Shown: positions 53,269 to 64,000 of the stretch, piece by piece
Layout: every line of letters starts with the position of its first letter
How positions within the stretch are numbered: position 1 is the stretch's first letter
Assembly (NCBI GenBank): GCA_951406725.2
Contig: OX597824.1
Coordinates: forward strand, 992,001 to 1,056,000
Direction: 5' to 3'
Source of the DNA: Octopus vulgaris
Taxonomy: Eukaryota
DNA: 64,000 nucleotides
Position numbers and translations under genes: made by a program
The notes under the pieces: model-generated
What the model was told of the DNA's origin: nothing
The model's input: only the letters and a program-made list of their open reading frames with translations
Database searches by the model: none

Positions 53269-53450
53269 TTAAATATTTAAATATTTAGGATCAGTGAATA
53301 CTTTTCAGTACATGTTATTTTATCTAATGTTTGACAATGATTTCGAAGTTTCGACTTACTCTTCATTAAGAGTATATATTTTACATGTAAAATAATAACA
53401 TATAGTATTATGTCGCTTTCGGCATGTCGACCATGGCCATCATGGATTTA

Positions 53451-54976
53451 CATTAGTGACTAAAATTAAGGAACGAAAATTAAAAAAATTAAGGATACTT
53501 ACATTTCTACTTCATTTTTCGGAATGGGATTCTTACTGTATATACTTCAAAGTATGTTCGTTATTTACAATAAATTTTAGAAACGAAATAATTTACAATA
53601 GAGGAAATGCTTATTTGAAATATAGGAAATGGACAAAATTGGAGAAGTTATGGCGTAAAATTCAAAAAATAAAATCTGACAACACTCCGACGGTTATAAA
53701 CTAAATTGACCAAACAATGCGAACTCTTACATTGAGCAGCAGCGAATAAACAACCATGGAAAGTTGACGTGAAATTGATGAAAGCCTCGGGAAGAGAGTG
53801 GTCTCATCGAAAAAAGAAGGAACGGCAATTTCTGCTGTAGCCAGAGACATTAACAGATCAAAGAGTGTTATTTCAAGAATATTCGAGCTTTATGTAGGAA
53901 CCAGCTCGTGTGTGTTATCAGAAAAACGAGGGAGATTACGGAAAACAAGAGTTCGTCAAGACCGTGTGATTGAGAGGCTGCCGTTACGAGACCGATTCTG
54001 TTGCTCGACTGAATGTGTCTCGGAAGACTTTTGAAGGAAGTCGGGCTTTATTCCACTCCCCCGCCATTAAACCTCTCGCCAGTATGAAGAACCGAAAAGC
54101 GAGGTTAGTCTTTGCCAACGAGTACGAAACTTGGACGGACGACAACCGGTCACATGTGTTCTTCAGTGACGAAAGCCAGTTCAATTCGGTTGGCTCCGAT
54201 GGCAGACAATACATGAGACGTCGTAATTGTGAAATATCCCTCCCTAATTGCGTGAAGAAATCAGTGAAGGTTAGGGGTTTGGATTTAATGGTATGGAAAA
54301 GGATTTCTGCAGCAGGTGTTGGGCTTTTGATCTGGACCCATGGCATTGTGAATGTAGCTATATACAAAGCATGATTCTGTAGCATGTTGTGCCAGCCATG
54401 AAGACATCTCCAACTCGTCGGTCAATCTTTATGCAGGATAATTCGCCATGTCACTGCGCTAAAATATTTAAGGAAGTTTTTGAAGCTAAAACCATTACTG
54501 TGATGCGTTGGCCAGCTCAGAGCCCTGGCCTTAATCCCATTGAAAACTTATGGGAAATACTTGGCGATAAGATTAGAGAGTACCGACCTGCGAATGTTAC
54601 AACTTAGTGGGAAAAACCTGAGGAACAATGGAATAAAATTGCATCAGAACAATGTGAGAAATTGGTCAAATCCTGTGAACGGAGATACGCTGGAGTGATT
54701 AAAAATAAAGGAATGTAGACATTTTCTTAATATATTGATGTGGATTATAAAAATTTCTGGCAAAACTTTGATTTCTTGAATTTTCCGTCCTCTAATTTTG
54801 CCAATCTTGTATTTTTCAAATAAACTGTTTTCGATTATAAATTATTTAGTTATTAATCACTTCCTACAAAATTTATTGTATATAATAAACATACTTTAAT
54901 GTGTATACAGTAAAAATTCATTTTCGTAAAAATGAAGTAGAAATGTAGATAACATTTTTCTTTTCGTTCTCTACTG
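53451..54976 (+). mobile_element. Tc1-family DNA transposon (DD34E) with long TIRs, pseudogenised
   Basis: TA-flanked; roughly 200-bp imperfect TIRs (ACATTTCTACTTCATTTTT / AAAAATGAAGTAGAAATGT); FFSDESQF, MQDNSPCH, WPAQSPGLNPIENLW with 34 residues between D and E; frameshifts and stops. Confidence 0.92.
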
Positions 54977-55094
54977 TATTTAATATATTTGAGGCAGCTT
55001 TGTATAATTTACTTCTAATATATATCATACATTTTACACATATACATAAATATCGACTTGCGTAACTACTGCACACCAATTACATCACTGGCAC

Positions 55095-55500
55095 TATCCA
55101 GAGAAACATCTCAGATTTCATTGTAAAGAAGTTCGTGAGGCGATTGCAATCAACTGTATTTCTTTAGATAAGGAAATAAATTAAGGTCTGCATCCTTGTC
55201 CCAATTTATCTGGATCTTCAACGACCATGGTATAATCGGCCCTTAATTATTAGCACTATACTTAAAATTGATCTATTCCATTTACTAAAGGATTGCGTAA
55301 TTGTTGACTTGACCCTTTTGAAAAGTACCAGATACTAAGGGAGCGCAAGAGCTATCACACAAAGGAAGATCCGAGATTTCTTCAAATTGTCGCCAGGAAG
55401 ATGGGTTCCTTTTGGCGAATATTCTGACAATTATACATCCCGAGCCAAAAGTCATAAATTCTATTTCTCAGTTACAAACCGCGAATTCTGTAATCAATGA
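55095..55500 (+). mobile_element. possible Penelope-like 3' end
   Basis: Frame reads KEVREAIAI, similar to the R..REAI.I C-terminal motif; followed by a non-coding tail. Confidence 0.35.
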
Positions 55501-55703
55501 AGATATAACTTGACTGAGTAATCTCCCATAAATGTCCACACAAATATATTCATCTAAATATTGTATCTAATACATAATATTCACCCACAGACACACACGT
55601 AGGTACACAGACTTATGAATGCTGAAAAATTCGAGCGCTGTTAAAGAAAAGACACACTGGAAAATACTGCATGCATGCTCGCACATACACACAGACACAC
55701 ACA

Positions 55704-55760
<57 letters not shown>

Positions 55761-56734
55761 GATGTGTATTGGATTTAGTGCGAAGAACGTATCACAAAAT
55801 AGTTTAAAGTAACTTATGTTTTTCTCTTTCTTATTCCATGCATCCGGAGGGTTTGAATATATTAATCGCAAAAAACATTCAAATATTGGAGAAAGGGGCC
55901 AAAAAGGAAGAAAACAAAATACTTTTCTTCAAAGTACACAAAATGGTTGATGCATAATTCCCTCTGCTCTGGCGCCTCCGTGAGTTGAAAGAAGACCCAT
56001 TTTTATAAATGGGGATCAGTGAATGAACGGCTGCATTTTGTTATAAACGTCATCTCTGCCACAATTTATTTATGTCATGTAGAGGAAGCTTTTAGAATAA
56101 CGAAAACATTTCACTGACATTTTGATGTCATTTCGAAGTAGTTTTAAGGCGAGATTTTGATTTTTGATTTTAAAGAAAGATTATTTACTGTAGTAAATAA
56201 AAGCATTATTTACCACCCAATCAATGAGCATAAGGAACAAAAACTAAAAACTAATATCTTTGACACCCTTACAAAACGGAGCCCTCCCACCCCGTATGGC
56301 TGCATCGACAACAACTGCGTTTTAATAACAAGAAAGAAAAAAATCCTTGCAAAATGAGGGCTTTGAGATATGTCTCTGCTTGTTTGTGTGCGTGCGTGTG
56401 TGTGTATGTGTGTGTGTCCGTATCGGTTTGTGTGCGTGTGTACGTATCGGTGCGTGTGTGTTGCATATCAGTGTGTGTGTGCGTGTGTGTCCGTCCGTGT
56501 CGGTGACCATGTCCCAGTATATGGCGAATCTCCGCCTTTTAACGACGGGGATCCACTTGCTTGACCCGCTCACATTATCTGATATAATTTGATGCATAAA
56601 TGGCTGAGTATTCCTCAGGTTTGTGTTGAGGTTCGACGTTGAGGATTTAGTTGTTCGATCAACTAAATTCACGAGGAAATGGTCGGAAATTCCACAGAAA
56701 AGTGACTTGGAAAAGTATGTTCTATCTTCCATCT

Positions 56735-57046
56735 TTTACCTGTTTCAGTTATTGGAGTGCGGCCATGCTGGAGTACCAACATAAAGAAATCTAAGTGAAG
56801 CTTGGTATCCATTCTATCGTTCTCCTTTCCGAAACCGCTAAGTTACGGGGAAGAACGCACGCACGCACGCACGCACCCCCATGCACACACTCACACACAC
56901 ACACACATACATACGACGGACTCCTTTCAGCTTCCGTGTTCCAAATCCACTAACAAGTCTTTGCCCAAGTTTCCATGCAGTGAGACTGAACCTGGAACCA
57001 TGTGGTTGGGAATCAAAATTGATACCACACAGCCACGCCTGCGCCT
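56735..57046 (-). mobile_element. CORE-type SINE, family B (degraded)
   Basis: TTGCCCAAG...GAACCATGTGGTTGG...CACAGCCACGCCTGCGCCT. Confidence 0.8.
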
Positions 57047-57115
57047 ACATATGCATACATACTTTAGTACATACATACACACATACATACATACATACAT
57101 ACATACATACATACA

Positions 57116-57150
<35 letters not shown>

Positions 57151-58360
57151 GCACACACAAATGTACATATATACATATACATATATATACATGTGTGTAT
57201 GTGTATGTGTGTGTGTGTATAATTCTTTATATACAAAGGAATTCTGCGGAATACCAACCCATTCGGTGCTTCTAAGTTTGTTTATAAAATGTTCTCATCT
57301 ATATGATATATATATATATATATATGTGTGTGTATATAAGTATATATATATATATATATTCACACACACAGACAAACATACATACACACATACATACACA
57401 GACATGCATAAATACATACATACACAGACATACATACATAAATACAAATACTTACATACACAAACACACACATATATACACACATACACATACACACACA
57501 GACATACATAACCACACATATATACACACACATACATACGTATACATATATACACACACGGACAAACGTACATATATATATACACACGCATACATACATA
57601 CACACACATATATATATACATACATGCACGCACATATATACACCTCATGCATACATACACACATATACATACATACACACATACACACACATACACACAG
57701 ACATCCATCCATCCGCACACATACATATATACATACATTCATTCATGCATACGTACAAACGCATACATACGCACGTACACATACATACATATATACATAC
57801 ATACACACACAGACACACACATACCTACCTACCTACCTACATATCTATTTGTATGTGTATATGTGCAGATTCGTTAAAAACCAATCAGAGGAAAGGAAAC
57901 TTTATATCAACAAAAAACAAAACAAAATATAACATGCAAATAAAAAGCGAAAATAATTTTATGTGATTTAGAGAATTTAGTAACAAATAAATAAAGGAAT
58001 AAATAAATATAACTTTAATTAGGAGAAAAAGAAATGAGAAAAAAAGAAATAATGAAAAAAATCTGCGAAGCTGTACATGAAACATTTCATTGAACACAAA
58101 TTCGCTTGGCGCTTGATCTGCCGTGTGTTGCCTTAAAAACGGTGTGCATCCGGGTATTTTGAATGTTTTTTGATTGATTTTTGATTGATTTTTAAAAAAA
58201 TATTTTTAATCCTGTTGTGTGCAAATGGTAAAGTGTTTAACTTGAATAAATAAAATTATATGTCTAGTTTCGATTAAACATACAAACACACACCATACCA
58301 CACCACACAAATACACACACACACACGTGTGTGTAAATATACATGCACATGTCTGTGTGT

Positions 58361-58415
<55 letters not shown>

Positions 58416-58546
58416 AGATAGGTAGTTCGATAGATAGATAGATAGATAGATAGATAGGTAGATACATGTATGTACGTATGTGTGCGTATTTAGAGGGTAT
58501 GTATAGCAATCTGTAAGTGTATATGAATTGCATGTGTATATGTATG

Positions 58547-58620
<74 letters not shown>

Positions 58621-59719
58621 GGATAGGAAAAAGAGATAGAAAAAAAAGAGAGAGACAGAGCATCAGGATGAAAAATTCGATCATTAGCTCGGTTCGATTA
58701 TGTGTTCGGATAACTGGTCTCCAGCGTGGCCAAGATGCATTGGCTCCAACCATTTTCGCAAGTGAAAGAACGCTTTAGAAAATGAAAGTAAAATATTTTC
58801 GCAACCGATTTTTTGCACGAGGTAAAATCGTTGCATTTTGAATGTCCAAAGCACTTTCATAAGTTTGTCCTAAACGTGTTTGTTTTCAGACTTTTAAGTA
58901 GCCCTTGTGTCATATGTCCGAAGTAATATAAAGCTTTCTTTTTATAAAGCCCAACTTACTCTAAGGGTTAAAAAAACAGTATTAGGAATTTGTATCAGTT
59001 AGGCATACATGATCGGGACCGCCAGGAAAATACGTCTGATGCATCACGTGATACACAGAAAAAAAGGTTGAAATATAACATAAAAGATTAATTAAAATGT
59101 TATGTTTTTGTATTTGGTTTGCAAGATTCTTCTGCAACAAACCGTTTGTTGATACAAATTTTGTTGTATCTTGGGAGGATCGTTACACGAATCGAAACAC
59201 ACTCTGGTTCTATTTTACTTCATTTATCAATGTAATTTGACAATTTAACTAATTAAGTAATCGATCGTTTGATTAATCGTTCAGTCAATCAGTTATCTGG
59301 CTTCAAAACCAGTGCTGTTTTTTTTTTATAGACTTAATAAGAATTTAGGTACAAAGCCAGAAAATCTTGTGGCGCGTATTTGCCGAAACCGTCAACCCCA
59401 GTGGTTGACTGGTACTGTATTTTATTAACATCGAAACTGTGGAAAGCAAAGTTGACCTCAGAATATAAAGAGCCGAAAGTAATACCGCAAACCAATTTTT
59501 GACGATGCCCTAATAATTCCGCCAATTCACCGAAGGCTACCATATCGCACACATATGAATGTGGTGTGTGTGCCTGGTGTATCCTTGTGAGACGAGTAGT
59601 CATGATGAGTATATTGGGCTTCGTATATATGGGACGTGAAGGTAAAAACAGTACCAGTAATAAATAGAGCATTTGGGCATGATAAAAAAGAAACAACATA
59701 TGAATAAATATGTGGAAGC

Positions 59720-60113
59720 TACACCTGGATCCTCAACACTACAAGGTATCCAAAAAGTAGCCCTGATCGAAACAGCTCATATCCTATGCAAGACACGATC
59801 AGTTCAATAATACAACATAAAGAAAACAATCCAGAAATACAAGAAACACTATGCAGCAAATATCTAATGAAATAAACTGCCACCAGCAGGCCAATTACCC
59901 AACGCTCTACACACATAACATACAGGGAAAACACTAAAAGGTTGCACCACACCACATAATAAAAAGAAAGTGACGCAATACACTACCGGGAAGAGTTTGC
60001 ACACTCCCAGCAACAACAAAACAACTCACAATGCTGCAAATACTTCGGCAACACAGAGGTGCCGCAGGGGATGCAGTAGAAATTTGCCTGAAACTACCAA
60101 ATGCTGAACAAAA

Positions 60114-60115
<2 letters not shown>
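59720..60115 (+). mobile_element. R4/Dong-like LINE 3' end
   Basis: LQGIQKVALIETAHILCKT matches the C-terminus of the neighbouring copies; followed by (CTA)n. Confidence 0.6.
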
Positions 60116-60166
<51 letters not shown>

Positions 60167-60194
60167 AATAATTATCCTTTCCACTATTTCATGT

Positions 60195-60382
60195 ACAAGG
60201 CTTGAAATTTTGTGGGAGGGAACTAGGCGAGTACATTAACTCCACTGGTACTTTATTTATCGACTCCGAAAGGATGAAAGGCAAAGTCCACCCGGCACCA
60301 TTTGAACTCAGAACGTAAAGACAGACGAAATACCGTTAAGCATTTTCCCCGGGGTGCTAACGGTTCTGTTAGCACACCGCCT
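60195..60382 (-). mobile_element. family A SINE
   Basis: GGATGAAAGGCAAAGTC...TTTGAACTCAGAACGTAAAGAC...GCTAACG. Confidence 0.8.
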
Positions 60383-60434
60383 TGATAATAATAATAACAA
60401 TAACAACAACAACAACAATAATAATAGTAATGAC

Positions 60435-60507
<73 letters not shown>

Positions 60508-60508
<1 letters not shown>

Positions 60509-61200
60509 GGATGAGATTGAAACTGTAGACCACCTAATCTCAGGGTGTAGAGTCTTAGCACCTGTAGAATATAAAGCAAGACATGACAGAGTCGACCAGT
60601 ATTTACATTGGACAATATGTCGGCATTATAAAATCAAAACCGCTGACAAATGGTATAAACATCATCCTGAAGCTGTGACTGAGGGAGCAAATGTGTCGAT
60701 TTTATGGGACTTCCACGTGCAGACCGACAGGACTATAAAAGCTAATAAACCGGATATTATTATAAAAGATCAGACAAAAAGGACGTGTTTATTAATTGAC
60801 ATGAGTATTCCTTGTGATCACAATATAGCGGCGAAAGAATTTGACAAGATTAGTAAATATAAAGACCTGCTAATAGAAATTGAAAAAATGTGGCATCTCA
60901 AGGCGACTACAGTACCAGTGATTGTCGGATCTCTAGGAATGATAAAAAAAAAGGTAATAAAAAAAAAAGGTACTGAAACCTATTTGAAAATGATACCAGG
61001 CTTACCATCCCTACAGGAAGTGCAAAAGACTGCACTCATGTACTGAGAAGAGCATTATCGCTGTGAAAACAACATCCACTCATGAATTTATTTATCAATT
61101 TTTTAAATACATATTTTACCTGTGAATTTGCGTGTGTAATCTGGGAATGCATACAATGGGCTTCTCTGTCCTAAGTGTACGGAAAACACTAGGTGAGAAA
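60508..61200 (+). mobile_element. R4/Dong-like LINE, 5'-truncated (zinc knuckle and REL endonuclease)
   Basis: ETVDHLISGC...RHDRV...LHW...ILWDF...KPDIII...LIDMSIP...KYKDL; flanked on both sides by (TAA)n. Confidence 0.88.
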
Positions 61201-61236
61201 CGGAAGAAAATTTGAAGAAAGAAGGAAGGAAGGAAA

Positions 61237-61331
<95 letters not shown>

Positions 61332-61334
61332 AAC

Positions 61335-61671
61335 GTGTCTCTAAAAGAAATGGAGAAACTCTCAAAATACAAAGACCTGGAAATAGAGGTAACCAGAATG
61401 TGGAATCTAAAAACAAAAACGATTCCTATCATAATAGGTGCATTAGGCATGATAAAAAAATATTCAGACAAATACATAACAAAAACACCAGGACTTACAA
61501 ACACATATAACATACAGAAAATTGCACTACTAGGCACTGCACACATCCTACGCAGAACACTTTCCATACAATAACCATCAGAGCATCACAACAAATCACA
61601 GCACATACCCAAGGCACACAGAGCTGCGCTCCGTAGTGAAGTGAAAGCACGCTATAAAAATAAAACTACTG
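61335..61671 (+). mobile_element. R4/Dong-like LINE, short 3' fragment
   Basis: EKLSKYKDLEIEVTRMW...PIIIGALG...IQKIALLGTAHILRR*, then 3' UTR with AATAAA; between (TAA)n tracts. Confidence 0.88.
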
Positions 61672-61687
61672 AATAATAATAATCATC

Positions 61688-61734
<47 letters not shown>

Positions 61735-63190
61735 TCAAACTTTATGGTAAATATGAAGCCCAAGTCAGTTCGCTCGTTGATACGGTGTATACCTTCAGTG
61801 CTGATATCAGAATGGAGTACGGACTGAGAAAGTGTGGTGTGTTAGTCTTGAAGAGGGGCATAATCAAATGAACGGACGGCCTAGCGATACCGTCGGGGTG
61901 GGGGAGTAGGTTATGAAGCAGACAGAAGAGACGGGCTTAGAAGTACTTGGGGATTTTGGAAATGGATAAATTAATGGAGAAAGAAATGACAGAAAAATTT
62001 AAGGAGGTGTACTTGCGCAGACTGAGACTGATTCTTAAGTCGAAATTAAATGGACGGAATAAGATCGAAGCTATCAACACCTGGGCGGTTTCACTCCTCA
62101 GATATGGAGCAGGGGTAATTGCACGGACAGTAGACGAATTAAACAGCTTAGACAGAAAGACAAGGAAGTTGCTAACTAGATATGGAATATTCTACCCCAA
62201 AAGTGGCACAGACAGAGTGTATGTACCAAGAAAAAGAGGGAGAAGAGGACTGATTCGATGCGAACACAACATTAGAACATGGTATGTAAAAAGATGCCAC
62301 AGAACCGCTGTTATTAGAAGTAGGAAGGTCGGGCTTGTATAGGATGGAAGATTGCAAAGATAAAGCACTATACAAGAAATTGAAAACTAATGAAATTGAA
62401 AATAGGTGAATAAAGAAAAGAATGCAAGGACAATTTCATAGGGATGTTGAAGATAAGACAGACAGAGAAAGAAGATGGCTGTGGATGACTAAAAGGGATT
62501 TAAAATCGAAACAGGCTCTAATCTGTGCTGCCCAAGAGCAAGCACTAAGAACAAACTGCATAAAATAAAGAATAGACAGCACATCAGAAAACGCTAAGTG
62601 CAGAATCCGTTGACAAAACGGTGAAACCGTATGGCATATTACCAGCCGATGTACGCCACTAGCCCAGAAGGAATATAAGAGACGCCACGACAATATAGCC
62701 AGGCTTGTCCATTGGACACTTTGCAACAAGTATGGACTTGACAGTGCAAAAATTTGGTACGACAACAACCCCAAAGGCATCGTCGAAAATAGAAATGCAA
62801 AGATCCTATGGGATTTTATGATTCAGTGCGACCATGAGATTGAGAATAGGAAGCCAGACATAGTCTTAATTGAGAAAGAAAACAAACTATGCTGGATCAA
62901 AAATGTAGCATGCCCAGCTGTCAACAAGATATGCGACAAGGAAGAAAGAAAATCGAGAGATATGACAGGTTAGCTTGGGAAGTTAAGCAGTTGTGGTCGA
63001 TGGAAAAGGTAGCAGTAGTACCAATAATTGTTGGAGCCCTGGGAACAGTGAGCAAAAATCTCGAGAAGTACGTGGAACAAAAGGGGTTGCAATAAGGGTG
63101 GAGCACTTGCAGAAAACAGCACTACTTGTGACCGCTCGAATACTGCGGAAGGTGCTCGAAAAATAAAAGGTGTTACCTTAGTTCACATTA
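61735..63190 (+). mobile_element. R4/Dong-like LINE, degraded RT C-terminus to REL endonuclease
   Basis: KYLGILE, LNGRNKIEAINTWAVSLLRYG, AAQEQALRT, RRHDNIA..VHW, KPDIV, VVPIIVGALG; many stops. Confidence 0.9.
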
Positions 63191-63393
63191 TCATCTTATA
63201 TTCCAATTACTCTTAAAACGAACTTTTAATTTACTTGTTTTGACAGACATTCTCTAGAACGATACTCTGTGCAAAACCAAATAAATGGTATCCTAGTCAT
63301 AGCACCAACTTCAACGTCTAACTTGTTATCTCTTTTGGGCTCTAGGGGAGACTCAGAATCAACCTGTACAAACACAAAGCAAAAGCCAAACAT

Positions 63394-63437
63394 ATAATAA
63401 TAATTAATAATTATTATTATTATGAATAATGATAATC

Positions 63438-63504
<67 letters not shown>

Positions 63505-63572
63505 TGATGATGATAACAATAATAATAACAACAATGACGACGACAATGATAATGATGGTGATGGTGATGGTG
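63394..63572. repeat. (AAT)n/(GAT)n microsatellite
   Basis: Directly visible. Confidence 0.93.
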
Positions 63573-63573
63573 A

Positions 63574-64000
63574 TTTCATTTATTTTCCACCAGGGCGAAG
63601 GATGAGGGGAAGAATACACAGAGACATAGGGTGGGTTTTTACATATAAATAAACAGATAAATAAATGAATAAATGAATAATGAGCCAGTATAGGCGGTAT
63701 GCAATGAAAAGGAAATGGAATATAGTATTGAAAGGTAAACCTAAAAGGGAGTGGAAATAATAGTGATGTAATCCTCCTGATACAAGGGAACCTCTGGGAA
63801 TAACCTAGGAATACCCACCGTCCAAGATCTCCCTGAAAACCAAGGTCAAGTGCCCTCTCTAAAAATCCTTTCTTCGACTCAGAGGTCTATTCTTATAGAG
63901 TTACCATCCACGCTTGCCTTCTTCGCAAATTTCACCCACCTTTCAATAAACTCACACGAGAACAGCAATTCCCACTCCAGCCTCAATTTCCTTTTTGATG
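63574..64000 (-). mobile_element. probable Tx1/L1-like LINE 3' end
   Basis: Minus frame IKRKLRLEWELLFSCEFIERWVKFAKKASVDGNSIRIDL* (F..RW motif), then a UTR ending in AATAAA; runs off the window. Confidence 0.45.

Noticed and set aside
53335-53446. Two further minus-strand hammerhead-like remnants
   Set aside because: Cores and stems are incomplete.

Overview
AT-rich, repeat-dense eukaryotic DNA. The SINE families, extreme (TA)n/(CA)n/(TACA)n load and transposon mix point to a coleoid cephalopod, probably Octopus (inference). No complete host gene is present. There is one candidate 102-bp + strand exon (35981-36082), and almost all long ORFs in the track are microsatellite artefacts. Mobile DNA includes two CR1-type LINE relics, an RTE relic and two RTE-like non-autonomous copies, a stack of R4/Dong-type REL-endonuclease LINE ends in (TAA)n, Tx1-like ends, four mariner relics, one DD34E Tc1 element, non-autonomous Helitrons, several tRNA-derived SINE families and Penelope-like remnants. 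The main hidden signal is RNA-level. A young tandem array of 560/561-bp units (32694-34569) carries one intact type I hammerhead ribozyme per full unit on the minus strand, a retrozyme-like architecture predicted to yield 560-nt monomer or circular RNAs. About a dozen further hammerhead motifs are scattered across the window. Most have family-specific palindromic stem III sequences (the dimer-cleaving type), and nearly all point into an adjacent (TA)n tract. All structures were read by eye; none was tested computationally or experimentally.
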